The translations under genes and the position numbers were made by a program. Shown one piece after another: positions 14,801 to 24,176 of a stretch of 34,557 bases of DNA (its first letter is position 1; each line of letters begins with the position of its first letter). The DNA is from a virus (Duplodnaviria > Caudoviricetes). The notes beneath the pieces were generated by a model. It was given only the letters and a program-made list of their open reading frames with translations. It was not told the origin of the DNA and did not search any database. The stretch is taken from positions 1-34,557 of IMG/VR virus record IMGVR_UViG_3300044615_001608; one strand, 5' to 3'.

Positions 14801-17678
14801 CTGCCTCACCCTCAACAAGCCCTTCGTCAAGCATGCGATCGAGCCTGCTTGCCTCATCGCTTGCGGGCGGATCGTCAACCATGTCGCCTGTTTCGCCGGC
14901 CTCGTCACGAACTTGCTCGGAGAGCCACTTTTTGTGGGCAGCATCTTCCGCCGAAGGCACCCGCGGCGAGCCCGCTTCGATCTCGGCCAGAACGCGTCGG
15001 GCTTCGACGGGATCAACCAGGGCGACGAACTCGGCGCTGCCGTACACGCCCTCGAGCTTGGTGGCCTCGGCCGCACTGAGCGGGGAGATGTCCGGAACGT
15101 CGGCAAACGGGTTGTCGCTGATCTGCGTCGGCCGCAGCGATCCGCGGTCGTACGGGATGAGCGCAAGCGCGGACGCTTCCACGGGCTCAAAGCCCGGCCC
15201 GTCGACGATGAGCTTGGCGCCGTCCTCGTCCTCGATGACGCGGTAGAGGGTGTCGCTGATCTTGAACTCGTGCCCCGGCTGGATGTCGTCCGCTGCCGCG
15301 AATGCGACGTTCTTGTCGAAGACCTTGGCCTTGGACTCCGAGAGGTTGTCGAGAATCTGGGCGATGAACAGGGCCTCGGGGTTGCCGTGGACTTTGTCCT
15401 TAGCCCACGCCATCAAATCCCTGCGGAAATCAGCGTCCCACCGATTCACCTCCGCGCCGTACCGATCGTTGATGAGCCGGACAAAGCCCTCTGGGCCGGC
15501 ACTAAACATGAACTCTTCGCCGCCCGCGACCTCTCCGGGCTTGGCAACGCGGAAATGCTTGTAGAACGGTGTCCCCTCAAACATCTGCCGAACTTCTTCC
15601 GGCAACCGGCCATCTTTGCCGGCCTTCCACACAAACGGGCTTCCGCTCGCCTTGGTGATCGAGTTGCTTCGGTCGCCACCCTTGATGTTCTCCTCGCTGC
15701 CACCACTGAACGCCAAGTCTGCCAGAACCTCGGCGTCCTTGTTCTGAGGGCTTTCGGCTCGCAATTCAGCAAGCCGATCAAAGAGCCCGTTCCGCGTGAA
15801 GCGGTACGCGCGGAACGTGGACTCGGGCTGAGGGATCGGCGGATCGGCCGGCTTCTCGACCGCCGCGGGCTTGGGCGTGGTGGATCCGACAGCCTCAAGG
15901 GCCGCAGACACGCGGCTTTCGACCTTGGCATCGTCCACAGACTCGGCGTGCCTGATCTTCTCCGCAGGCGTCAGCTCTCGCCCCTCGGCCGCGGCAGCCT
16001 CAACGACGGCATCGCCGACCATCGCGCGGCCCGCGTTGTCAAACGTCGCGGCAATAGCCTTGGTCGCAGCCTCCTTCTCGATCGCCTTGACCAACCGATC
16101 AACGCCGCCGGGCTTCGCCGCCGCCGCGGCAACGGTCGCCTTCGCGAGTCGCTTGCGGCGCTCTGGCTTCATCTTCTGAATCGCCGCGGGAGTGATCGGG
16201 TCGGTCGTGAAGCGGCCTTCGAGCAAGCCGGAAAGCAAGGCGGCGCCATCGGGGTTCTGTGGAGGCGAGGTGAGGATGTCGTCAAGGGTCTGGATCTGCG
16301 GGGCGTCCCGGCCAGGATTGGTCGGCGGCACCATTGCCGTGCTCTTGTCCAGCTCGATCAAGTCCTGAACATCCTGCCTTGCCAAAAGGATCTGCAGATC
16401 CGTGAACTCCTCTGATCGCAAAGCGTTCTGGAGTGCGGTGAGCGGATCCGCCGCAGCACGCGCCAATCCGGCCGCGGTTTCGGCGTCTGCGCGTGACTCT
16501 CCGGCGAGGTCTGGAAGACGACTAAGTGCGACACTGAGCCTTTCGGACAGGTCGCTTGCCCAAGACTCTCTTGCCGCTTTGCTTGGCAACGGCGGCGATT
16601 TGGCGACAGGGCGCGAGAGTAGTTGGTCGAGATCGGAAATGACCGGAGCGGCAAGGATGTCGTCGAGAGTCTGGATCTGCGGAGTGTCGCGGCCAGGATT
16701 GGTCGGCGGCACCATTGCCGTGCTCTTGTCGATCGACAAGCCAAGCCGAGACAAGTCTTCTTTGTGAAGCAGCCGATCAAGCTCTGACATCCCGGTGTAC
16801 GGGTCGTACGGCGGCTTGGTCGGCGCGGGGCTGTCGGGCACGACAGGTGCGTCGGGCGGCAGCTCCGCCACCTTCATCGCGGCGGAGGAATGGAGCGAGT
16901 TGAACACCCCGCCGAAGATGAGATTGGTTCCAAGCTCGAGCATCGCGTCAGGAAGCGGCGTCCCGGTCGCGTAGTCGATCGCCGCCGGACCCGCGGCCTG
17001 TCCCGCGGCGCCGGCGAGGAACCGCGTCCCGCGGCCAAGCGTGGCGGTCCCGACGGAGACGCCACCGAACATCGCACCGCCGATGAAAGACTTGGCGACC
17101 TCTTTGCCGCTGATCGACGGGTCTGCCGAACTCTGGAACGCCGTGAGAGCACCTTGGGGAACGCCGCCGGCCGCGGCGCCAACACCAATCCGCATTGCCG
17201 ACGCCGCCACGCCGGTGCCGCGGATGTACCCGGCAAGCCCGCCAGTGGCAGCGCCCGCGGCGAGCATGCCGGGATCAAGCAGTCCCGCGGCAAGCTGGCC
17301 GCCGAACCCACGGATGCCGTTCTCGGCGAGCGTTCGCCGCTTGTCCATCACGGCTTGATTCCGGCCGTAGATGTAGAGCAGGTGCTTGTAGCTCTTGGCG
17401 TCGTCGTAGAACTGCCACAAGTCCGGGTCAATCCCGTCCGTGACGCCCTTGAGATCGACGTCCGTCAGCTCCCAGTTGGGGTCGACCGCGTAGAGCGAGC
17501 TGGCGATGTTGCGGCCAAGCTCCATCGTGGTAAAGCCGCTCATGCCCGCCCCGAACGAAGTCCGGTTCGCCTCCCAGATGCTCTGGTCTTGGGCGAACGC
17601 CTCTGCGCGTTGGTCTGCGTCGACAAGGTCCGCGGCACCGATCGGCAGAAGCGGGCTGGTGCGTGTGAGTCTGCTCAT
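11850..17678 (-). CDS. Large internal virion/ejectosome protein (T7 gp16-like), 1942 aa
   Basis: Last and largest of three genes after the tail tube; C-terminal GKVFFQFRRMAVAA and NYLNRMW motifs typical of podophage internal virion proteins; Gly/Ala-rich hydrophobic N-terminal helices. Confidence 0.8.
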   Translation of the reverse strand: MSRLTRTSPLLPIGAADLVDADQRAEAFAQDQSIWEANRTSFGAGMSGFTTMELGRNIASSLYAVDPNWELTDVDLKGVTDGIDPDLWQFYDDAKSYKHLLYIYGRNQAVMDKRRTLAENGIRGFGGQLAAGLLDPGMLAAGAATGGLAGYIRGTGVAASAMRIGVGAAAGGVPQGALTAFQSSADPSISGKEVAKSFIGGAMFGGVSVGTATLGRGTRFLAGAAGQAAGPAAIDYATGTPLPDAMLELGTNLIFGGVFNSLHSSAAMKVAELPPDAPVVPDSPAPTKPPYDPYTGMSELDRLLHKEDLSRLGLSIDKSTAMVPPTNPGRDTPQIQTLDDILAAPVISDLDQLLSRPVAKSPPLPSKAARESWASDLSERLSVALSRLPDLAGESRADAETAAGLARAAADPLTALQNALRSEEFTDLQILLARQDVQDLIELDKSTAMVPPTNPGRDAPQIQTLDDILTSPPQNPDGAALLSGLLEGRFTTDPITPAAIQKMKPERRKRLAKATVAAAAAKPGGVDRLVKAIEKEAATKAIAATFDNAGRAMVGDAVVEAAAAEGRELTPAEKIRHAESVDDAKVESRVSAALEAVGSTTPKPAAVEKPADPPIPQPESTFRAYRFTRNGLFDRLAELRAESPQNKDAEVLADLAFSGGSEENIKGGDRSNSITKASGSPFVWKAGKDGRLPEEVRQMFEGTPFYKHFRVAKPGEVAGGEEFMFSAGPEGFVRLINDRYGAEVNRWDADFRRDLMAWAKDKVHGNPEALFIAQILDNLSESKAKVFDKNVAFAAADDIQPGHEFKISDTLYRVIEDEDGAKLIVDGPGFEPVEASALALIPYDRGSLRPTQISDNPFADVPDISPLSAAEATKLEGVYGSAEFVALVDPVEARRVLAEIEAGSPRVPSAEDAAHKKWLSEQVRDEAGETGDMVDDPPASDEASRLDRMLDEGLVEGEADDIGKQVDNILAGNTGPFEQLKTMAGKNPGGWQAKEVLAIEAEIARRGGKVPKPSTAKKLIGAADKVIAKAKANKAQRAKDIAEAKKKAKPGQRLGIDEFTPSIVDNAMIVAAQAFKAGVRAVEQIRVMVRELLGADNPEVEARAMEILKASTNDAGQYDEALFAKQVENAFSTMEPAKESGATDAVANVPATRTYNLDAHRSMFASGVPESINQTAEIKILGKNRRVSWWRFDIAGMLGKSKSPLMRMAGKVLAFDFMPSKDGSPSVVGLHESVGHNVAANEYAYEEAVKPAWLAHREEAKRAGTKPMNREEFEIAAGKAFRRGEDPTDPNIRSVRSAVRKMYDDLGQMLKDHGLDVGLLDNYLNRMWIRPAMDDAALRMGRAGKDPQTFADGDRAAGYAQLRERFADAILAKGTITDRDEAIRLAQTIIDHAGHTDSYDGDDGITTGYTSRLKERIDLDETYRWKLADGSEMGIEDLIESNLYTLFKNYNRAAHGSAALAEASRLFSAAPDLGTDRVNGIDSILTKIREDAMSVGLTAAEYSEDLDRVREALHLIAGLPSRTETGFTRMVDAVRSFQSFRLMANLGTGLLQVGEVIARTGELGPRVITNLFPAIREVITLARTGKMSSQQAREIAQMGIAVDRAASRIPRRAGESLGQPVGKSAAEWNLRRGARAAFDVAGISFLTDASRLAVMRTKQQQWAGWAYSGHLPSTRRLAIDTLSPEMAAKIVAEIRKPGRAAWVDKPGGLLDRYVWEKWPHDVRIAFQDSLRRNASRSILSVPDSAMPMVANSPVGKVFFQFRRMAVAAQATIGPELYARDGQMIRTLAASAAGGALIYIANTLLQSAGRRDRKAFLEERLELDMVLRAAFSRSLYSAFVPTAIDTLVSDIGRQEPVFSFSRTTGLQGGFLLGNPTIDWFDRMGFPKDPLRVPRAMLAPGIPHYDFSRQDLRAIQGTLVPNIVGLKNALDRWAEGLPDTSYED
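16273..16730. repeat. 77-bp in-frame direct repeat (16273-16349 and 16654-16730)
   Basis: 72/77 identical, 381 bp apart; encodes DKSTAMVPPTNPGRD(T/A)PQIQTLDDIL twice. Confidence 0.95.
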
Positions 17679-17691
17679 GGGGTTCCTTCGT

Positions 17692-20118
17692 TCATCGCGG
17701 CATCACCGCGCCGGGGCTCGTGAATGTCGGGTTGAGGGGCACGCGGATGCGGGTTCCGACCGCGTTCATGATGCCCCGCTTGATCAAGTCGCGTCCCTTG
17801 GCGTCAAGCTCTTGGGCGGAGAACTGGATGGCCCTGGCGTCTCCGGGCTCCGTGGATCGTGCGTACGCCCCGGTCGCCTTCTCGGTGATGTAGAAGAAGC
17901 CGGTCGCCTCGCTGGCGGTGATCGTGAGGTCGTCAACGTCGTACCCCTGCTTCGCGCCCTTGGTCCTGACGTAGTCCTCGATGATCTCTCGGCTGAGCGT
18001 GGGCATCCACGTTCGAACAGACTGCGGAATGCCTCGCATCCCAAGCGGGACCATGACGCCGTTCGCCTCGACGTGAGAAGCCTTGAAGTCCTCGATGGCC
18101 GATTTGATTGCTGCGGTCGGGTCGCCACTGAACATCGCTTTGGTGGCAGCGGTGAATTGGATCGTGCCGATGATCTGCCCGAGGTTTGACGGCGTGCCAA
18201 TCGTGGATGAGGTGATCAATTGGCGAACCTCTTTCTCTCGAATGGACCCCGCCGCACTGCCCTTGATCGCGTCGAAATTGTCGTTGTCCATCAACTCCCG
18301 AACGCGAAGCATGGCGTTCACGACGTCGTCCTGAGCGCCCTGGTCGCCCGCGATCGTCCGAGACTCGCCGAGTCGGGCATCGACCATCGACCAAAACTCA
18401 CGGGCCTCGGCCGGCATCGACGCAGCGAGCACCGAGCGGTTCGTCGCCTTCATCGCGCGGTACAGCGTCATGGCTCGCATCGCGGCACCGCGACCTGTCG
18501 GGCTTGCCAACTCTTCCGCGGTCATCGACGCCCCCACCTTGAACGTCTGCGGCCACTCTGGGACGTCGACCCCGTGCCGCGCGGTCCACTGGATCATGTC
18601 GGGAAGGGCCTCGATCGTTGCTCGCTGGATCATCTCGCCGGTCGGCTCAACTCCCTGGGGGAGCCGCTCGCGAACGAAGCCCTCGAACGCCGATTGTCGC
18701 TTGGCGTCGATTATGGTGTCTCGTTCAAGATCAAAGAATGAACCATCTACGAGCGAGAACCGCTGATTCTTCGGGATGGCGATCGACAGAGCCAGCCCGC
18801 CGTCCATGCCGGCCCTGCTGATCTCCTCGGCGCGGTCCATTTGCTGCTGAACGATCAGCCCCTTCTGTGCCTCCGCCTGCTGCCGCGTCGCCCTTGCCGC
18901 GACGGTGTCCATCGTGCTCAACAGCGATGCCGCCTGCTGCGGATCAAGCACCCGCGGCTCGCCCGGCCGGCCTGCGGCGTCCCGGAGAATGGTGGACCGA
19001 AGCCTTTCGTCGGGCGCGCCGGACTGCATGATCTCGCCGAGGTAGAAGTCGTACAGCGAAGAAGACCGGCGGGCCTGCACGTTCGACACAAGAGACGCGT
19101 GTGTCGTGCCGTCGATCTGCCCGTTCCTCAGCGCGGTGTCCGCGTGGTCAATCGCCACGTCAAAGTCGCGGCCGAGCGCGAGCTGGTTCACGAAGTCGAC
19201 GACGCCCTTCTCGGCCTGTGCGCGGGCCTGTGCCTCTCGCTGGCCCACGGCGCCGCGGAGCGTCAGTGCCCGCTGCTGGCTGAGACGCCCGGTCTTCACC
19301 ATTTCGTCGATCGACGCGGTGATCGCTTCGGCCGGCTGGCCGGCGTTCACCATCGCAATGATCGATTCTTGGCTCGCGTCCCACGCATTGCTTTGGGCTT
19401 CCGAGCTGGTCCTGCTCATCGCGACCGCGGCCTTCCGCTGCTCGGCGGCGTACCGCGGCCCAAGCCACTTCCGCACCATCTCGAACTGAGCCTCGCCCCC
19501 TGGCGTGATCGCCGCGGCATTGAGCGCGGCAAGCCCGACCCCCTGGGCAGCCATCTCCGGCGTCGCGCCCGGGATCTTCATGTACGCGTCATACGCGGCG
19601 GTGAGCGATGCTTCGTCCTTGGCGACAACCGCGGCATCACTGATCGTCTGCGCGAGCGCGGCGTTGTTCTCTCCGGACGCCGTTCGCTTCTTCGAGAACA
19701 GCGCCTCGGCGACCGCGGGCTTGAGGGAGTCGACGAACGCCTGCGTGTACTCCGGATTCTCCACGCCCGACCGGGAGCGAGCGATGTTCTCCGCAAGCGA
19801 CGTGATCGCCGAGTCGTCGCTCTCGATGAGAAACGCGTTGTCGCCGTGTTGGCCCGAGTCGATCTCTTGGCGAATCTGCGGAAGCAGCCCGGCCGCGGCC
19901 TTGGCCGCGGTGCCGCGAAGGGCAACCCGCTCCTGCTCATCCGCTGCCACTATCTGTGTCGTCGCCCTCTCCGCCATACCGAGTGACGCCGCGAGTGAGT
20001 CAGCCAGACGTGCCGCCTCGCCCACTTCCGGAAGGACCACAGCCCGGCCCGGCGTCTCAAGCCCCACGCGACCCAGCTCAGGAATCGCCGCAACGGTGTT
20101 CCTTTCGAATCGGCTCAT
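17692..20118 (-). CDS. Internal virion protein (T7 gp15 position), 808 aa
   Basis: Ala-rich helical protein between the gp14-like and gp16-like genes. Confidence 0.7.
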   Translation of the reverse strand: MSRFERNTVAAIPELGRVGLETPGRAVVLPEVGEAARLADSLAASLGMAERATTQIVAADEQERVALRGTAAKAAAGLLPQIRQEIDSGQHGDNAFLIESDDSAITSLAENIARSRSGVENPEYTQAFVDSLKPAVAEALFSKKRTASGENNAALAQTISDAAVVAKDEASLTAAYDAYMKIPGATPEMAAQGVGLAALNAAAITPGGEAQFEMVRKWLGPRYAAEQRKAAVAMSRTSSEAQSNAWDASQESIIAMVNAGQPAEAITASIDEMVKTGRLSQQRALTLRGAVGQREAQARAQAEKGVVDFVNQLALGRDFDVAIDHADTALRNGQIDGTTHASLVSNVQARRSSSLYDFYLGEIMQSGAPDERLRSTILRDAAGRPGEPRVLDPQQAASLLSTMDTVAARATRQQAEAQKGLIVQQQMDRAEEISRAGMDGGLALSIAIPKNQRFSLVDGSFFDLERDTIIDAKRQSAFEGFVRERLPQGVEPTGEMIQRATIEALPDMIQWTARHGVDVPEWPQTFKVGASMTAEELASPTGRGAAMRAMTLYRAMKATNRSVLAASMPAEAREFWSMVDARLGESRTIAGDQGAQDDVVNAMLRVRELMDNDNFDAIKGSAAGSIREKEVRQLITSSTIGTPSNLGQIIGTIQFTAATKAMFSGDPTAAIKSAIEDFKASHVEANGVMVPLGMRGIPQSVRTWMPTLSREIIEDYVRTKGAKQGYDVDDLTITASEATGFFYITEKATGAYARSTEPGDARAIQFSAQELDAKGRDLIKRGIMNAVGTRIRVPLNPTFTSPGAVMPR

Positions 20119-20673
20119 TTATGGCACCCCTGTCAGGAATTGTGCGGCGGCTTCGCCCGCGAGCAAGGCCGAGGACTTCTCCGCGGCGGTCAGAGCGGGA
20201 CCGAACGCACCGAGCGAAGTCAACCCGGAACCCAGAGAAAGCCCGGTCGACAAGCCCTCCAGCCCGCCAAGCAGGCCGGCGACAAGCGGGTTCGATCGCT
20301 GCGAGCGGAGTCGAGCCACCGCCGCGTCTCGCTCGCTGATCACCCTGGCACGGTTGTTGGACAGGTTCGTGTTGATCGTGGCAACGTTCGTCGCCGCGTC
20401 GATCATCGTCTGCCGCTCTTGGGACTCGAGGGTGTTCCCCGATTCGCTCCGAGCCACGCGGATTCGGCCAAGGATCTTCTCCGCGTCGGAAACCTGCCGG
20501 CGCCGCTCGAGGGCCGCGCTCGACGCGAGCTGCGAAAGCGAGGCATTCGCCGAATCGTTCGCGCTGGCGATGCCGCCCGCGACGGCACTGTTCCCGGACA
20601 TTGACGAGAATGCCCCGCTCGCGGTGCCCGCAACCGTCGTGGCCGCAGCCAGAGTGAACGGATCAAAGCTCAT
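20119..20673 (-). CDS. Internal virion protein (T7 gp14-like)
   Basis: MSFDPFTLAAA start; Ala/Gly/Ser-rich; GRIRVARSESG; 184 aa directly after tail tubular B. Confidence 0.75.
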   Translation of the reverse strand: MSFDPFTLAAATTVAGTASGAFSSMSGNSAVAGGIASANDSANASLSQLASSAALERRRQVSDAEKILGRIRVARSESGNTLESQERQTMIDAATNVATINTNLSNNRARVISERDAAVARLRSQRSNPLVAGLLGGLEGLSTGLSLGSGLTSLGAFGPALTAAEKSSALLAGEAAAQFLTGVP

Positions 20674-21275
20674 TGCCCGCCCTCCTGGCTGCTATGGTCA
20701 AGCTCCCAATCGAGTGACACAATTGTCATCGGAAACGGCGTTTCATTCTCGATCCGAATGACACATTTGTCAGCTCGCCCCGTGTGGCGGGCGGTCAAAT
20801 GGTTCGGCATCGCTCGGTCCGTGAGGCCGGCCGTCTCGCTGTAAACCGCGGTCCCAAGGAACGATTTCGTCCGGGACGCGCGAAGCGGCGGCGCGTGCGG
20901 CGTCGTCCGGATCGTGTACGCGTTCGTGCGTTCGTGGCTCACGCGAAGGCTCATGATGGTCGTGTGTCCCCGAACCATCGCGGACCCTTGGCGGTCGCGT
21001 GCGAACGGTCGCGTCGGCGTCAGATACGCCTGGAACCGCCTGCCGATCAGCACAAGGCCCGCGGTCCAGTCGCCGGTGAGCCGAACCTCGCTCCCGAGAG
21101 ACGCGGTCGGAATGAACACCTTGCCCGCATCCTCGCCGAACGCGTCGGACAGCACGATCGTGTCCAGCGAAGGATCAAAGGACGGAAGGGTCCACCGAGT
21201 CGAGCCGTCGTGGTAGGTTCCGGCAAGCAGTACCCGCCGATCCAGACGCGGGATGAACGGGAATGTGGTGCTCAT
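20670..21275 (-). CDS. C-terminal portion of tail tubular protein B encoded as a separate gene
   Basis: VLIGRRFQAYLTPTRPF..., IRIENETPFPMTIVSLDWE resemble the gp12 C-terminus; ATG is 1 nt after the upstream TGA. Confidence 0.7.
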   Translation of the reverse strand: MSTTFPFIPRLDRRVLLAGTYHDGSTRWTLPSFDPSLDTIVLSDAFGEDAGKVFIPTASLGSEVRLTGDWTAGLVLIGRRFQAYLTPTRPFARDRQGSAMVRGHTTIMSLRVSHERTNAYTIRTTPHAPPLRASRTKSFLGTAVYSETAGLTDRAMPNHLTARHTGRADKCVIRIENETPFPMTIVSLDWELDHSSQEGGQ

Positions 21276-21276
21276 G

Positions 21277-23712
21277 TCATGGGACCGCGATGATCGTTGA
21301 GAAGTACCCGCCGGGTCCGGCCGGGACAACCGCGCCCGAAGGATTCGTGACCGTGACGTCGCCCGTGGCGCCCGTGGAGCAGCTTGCGACAAGCTCCAGG
21401 AAGATGCTCGAGACGCCGTCGATCGTGATTTCGACGTCTGCCGCGGTGCCACATTGTGCCACGTCCTCAATGTAATTTTCGTCCAGCGGAGATGCGTCTG
21501 CGATGGCCGGACCAACCCCAAACACGTCGATCGCCCACCCTCGGTGTGCGTCGTACACGAGAAGATAACAGTTGCTCCCAATCATTGCAATGTCGGAGAT
21601 CGCCGCGTCCTCGAATCCGATGCGGGTCCAAGCGGACTGGATCCTCGCGTCCCGCTCTTCGTCGCGGGTTGACTGGTAGAGCTTCAACTCGCTCCCGGAG
21701 AAGTTCCCCTCATCCGGAAGGGCGATGATCACGCCGTCGTTGGGGCTGGTGACGATGCGGCGCAAGCTGTCTGGGATCAGCCGGGGGACGTGCGGAGTGA
21801 TCGACACGGCAAGGTTGGAAGCCTGAGCGTCGTAGTACCGGTACTCGTAAATCTCGGTGACGTCGTCTTTCTTTCCGGGGAAGATGATCGAATCGCCGGC
21901 CGCGGCGGGCCGCACGCGGCTCAGCGTGTAGTAGTTCGTGCTCGCGGTGACGGCCGCGGTCGTCGGCGTGAACAGGTCCGGAGAATTGATCTCGAACTGC
22001 TGGCCCGCTTTGGTGAAGACCACCACGGTCTTTCGGAACGGGACCAAGAAATCAACCTCGGTCACGCGGTCGCCGGACATGCTCAGGTGAATCGGGTCGG
22101 ATTCCGCCGTCTCCGCCGCGTTGTCCATGAACAGGTTGAACAGGTCCTCGGCCTGCGAAGTGTCAACATCCTCGCCGGCCCCGAACATCAATCGCCCGCG
22201 GGCTCGCGTCAGATCGGCGATCGGCCGCTCCTCGGCGATGAAGTCCGGAATCGGGTTGCTCAGCTCATCTCCGCTCGGCCGCGAAGTCCAGTCGCAAGTG
22301 CTCACGTCGAAGACAGCCGGCGTGCGGCGGTCGCCCACGGACGTTCGAACCATCTGCACCGGCATCTTGGTCGGGTCGGGACGTGCTTCGGGCTGGTTCG
22401 GCGCGGTCTGCCTCGTCCACCGGTCCTCGATGTCGAGCGTGTCCTCTGTCGGCGACCCGGCCCCCGCGGTGATCACGTACTGCCCCGCGGTCGCGGAGAA
22501 GGGCGCGGTCGACGCGGTGTAGTTGTAGTCGCCGGCCACCGAAAGGTTCCGGGCGGGGAAGCACGTCGCGGCGGATCCGCGGTACGGGCTGATGATCGTG
22601 AAGTACCCGCCGGCGCCCGCGGGCGTCCACTTCACGATGGCGTTTCGGACCTCGCCGCCGGAAGATCGCAGACCGGCCTGGATGTTGAGCGCGACGTCGA
22701 GCATGTCTTCCGCGCCAAGGCCGGGACGCTCAATCGTGACAACGCCGAGCACGCCGATCGCGTCGGTAGAGGTGTTGCTGTTGTTGCTGACGGACAGGCC
22801 GGTCGTCGCTTCAACGAGCACGATCTCGTCGCCGTTTGTCTTGCTCGCGATGGAGTACCACATCGGAGTGTGGCCGGTCCCGCCCGTGATGAAGATTTGG
22901 TCGCCGTCGCGGTGCGTGTACGCCGAGAACGCCCCGGCTTTGGTCAGTGTTCGGTTGGTGGCATCCCACGCCCCGCCCGTGATGTCCATGTTGAGGCGCT
23001 GAAAGCCGATGCCAATTGTGCCACGGAGCGGGAGGCCGGCACCGTACGTCTCGTCGTCCCAATACCCGTTGCTGCCCGCCCACCACTCGCTGTTCGAACC
23101 GGCCCCGTTCTGGAAGAATCGGATCTCGGCAAAGGTGCCGTCGCCGCCTTCCGACAGGTCGTAGAGGAAGTACCCCGCGGCTTCTCCGGTGACGTCTTCC
23201 CTGGTGCGGTGGTACGTACCGCTTGCCGGCGAGTCCGCGAGCATGACGAAGTAGTCGCGGTAGGTGTTGTCCACCAAGTATGTTGGTGACGCGAGCGAGC
23301 CGGTCGGCTTCTTGTTGTTGAGAATGAAGGTCGTGTCGCCGATCGTCACGAACTGGAGGTTGTCGGCGTCGGCATCAAGGGCGTCAAGATACGCCTGGGC
23401 ATCGCCCGAGACGTTGACCGTGGCCTCGAGCCCGTCGATCTGGAAGACCCTGAGAACCCCGTCGCCGTAGACCACGAGGTACTGCTCGTCTTGGTCGCGC
23501 TCGATCGGGTGAAGCCGAAGGTTCGCGTTGGCCGGGGCGCCGGGCACGGACGCCACGAACCACGAGCCGTATCGCTCAACACACCCTTCCCTCGCGGAGA
23601 ACAGGACGTTCCAAGCGTCCTCAACCTGCCCTGACCGCCGCACTTCTGCCGGCTGCTGCGAGATGCCTTGGAAGACCAAAGGCACGCGGTCAGACTGATT
23701 CAGGGTCAGCAC
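21277..23712 (-). CDS. Tail tubular protein B / nozzle (T7 gp12-like), N-terminal and central part
   Basis: GISQQP..R..GQVEDAWN, TIGDTTFILN, MPVQMVR, WTSRPSGDELSNPIPDF, SDPI, ITPHVPRLIP, IQSAWTR. Confidence 0.92.
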   Translation of the reverse strand: MLTLNQSDRVPLVFQGISQQPAEVRRSGQVEDAWNVLFSAREGCVERYGSWFVASVPGAPANANLRLHPIERDQDEQYLVVYGDGVLRVFQIDGLEATVNVSGDAQAYLDALDADADNLQFVTIGDTTFILNNKKPTGSLASPTYLVDNTYRDYFVMLADSPASGTYHRTREDVTGEAAGYFLYDLSEGGDGTFAEIRFFQNGAGSNSEWWAGSNGYWDDETYGAGLPLRGTIGIGFQRLNMDITGGAWDATNRTLTKAGAFSAYTHRDGDQIFITGGTGHTPMWYSIASKTNGDEIVLVEATTGLSVSNNSNTSTDAIGVLGVVTIERPGLGAEDMLDVALNIQAGLRSSGGEVRNAIVKWTPAGAGGYFTIISPYRGSAATCFPARNLSVAGDYNYTASTAPFSATAGQYVITAGAGSPTEDTLDIEDRWTRQTAPNQPEARPDPTKMPVQMVRTSVGDRRTPAVFDVSTCDWTSRPSGDELSNPIPDFIAEERPIADLTRARGRLMFGAGEDVDTSQAEDLFNLFMDNAAETAESDPIHLSMSGDRVTEVDFLVPFRKTVVVFTKAGQQFEINSPDLFTPTTAAVTASTNYYTLSRVRPAAAGDSIIFPGKKDDVTEIYEYRYYDAQASNLAVSITPHVPRLIPDSLRRIVTSPNDGVIIALPDEGNFSGSELKLYQSTRDEERDARIQSAWTRIGFEDAAISDIAMIGSNCYLLVYDAHRGWAIDVFGVGPAIADASPLDENYIEDVAQCGTAADVEITIDGVSSIFLELVASCSTGATGDVTVTNPSGAVVPAGPGGYFSTIIAVP

Positions 23713-24167
23713 TCCTTGAGTTCGAGCGAACAGTCGAGCTGGAGCGTCGATCCGGCGGTGAGCGTCCTCGTGACCACAAGGTCAAAGAACGCGAACACCT
23801 CGCGGGAGCCGAGCGTTCCGTTTGCGTCGGTGAGCACGGCCCATCGCGGGCCGCTGCCGCTGAACGGGATCCCGGTTCCGGACGCGGTCCAAATTGCCGC
23901 CAGGGCCTCGGCGATGGCGGAGTCGTTCGTGTCGTCCTCTGTGAGCGTCGGCCAGCCCACGGCGCTCTGTGCGACGGCGATGCCGCCCGACGTGTACCCG
24001 TTGCCGGCGGCGACCTCGGTAAGCTCAGAGAGCGTGTTTGTGTCGACCGTCGGCGTGTTCGCTGATGTGCACAGGACCAAGCGAAACGCCGAGCCAGAGA
24101 TTGCCGTCCCGCGAAGGAACGCGGCGAGTGCTGCTTTCTTGCCGCGATTTGTCCAAAGTCCTGCCAT
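23706..24167 (-). CDS. Putative minor tail/virion protein
   Basis: FRLVLCTS...TEVAAGNGYTSGG pattern recalled from small tail proteins; lies between tail tubular A and B. Confidence 0.6.
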   Translation of the reverse strand: MAGLWTNRGKKAALAAFLRGTAISGSAFRLVLCTSANTPTVDTNTLSELTEVAAGNGYTSGGIAVAQSAVGWPTLTEDDTNDSAIAEALAAIWTASGTGIPFSGSGPRWAVLTDANGTLGSREVFAFFDLVVTRTLTAGSTLQLDCSLELKEC

Positions 24168-24176
24168 GGTTTTTCC

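Noticed and set aside
11973-16415. Long plus-strand ORFs (e.g. 770 aa and 704 aa; also 7326-8798, 21790-23289, 27675-29555)
   Set aside because: Antisense shadows of GC-rich minus-strand genes, with Arg/Gly/Val/Asp-rich translations and no recognisable motifs.
16273-16730. 77-bp repeat pair as DGR template/variable repeat
   Set aside because: Mismatches are not adenine-specific, both copies are in-frame within one gene, and there is no reverse transcriptase in the window.
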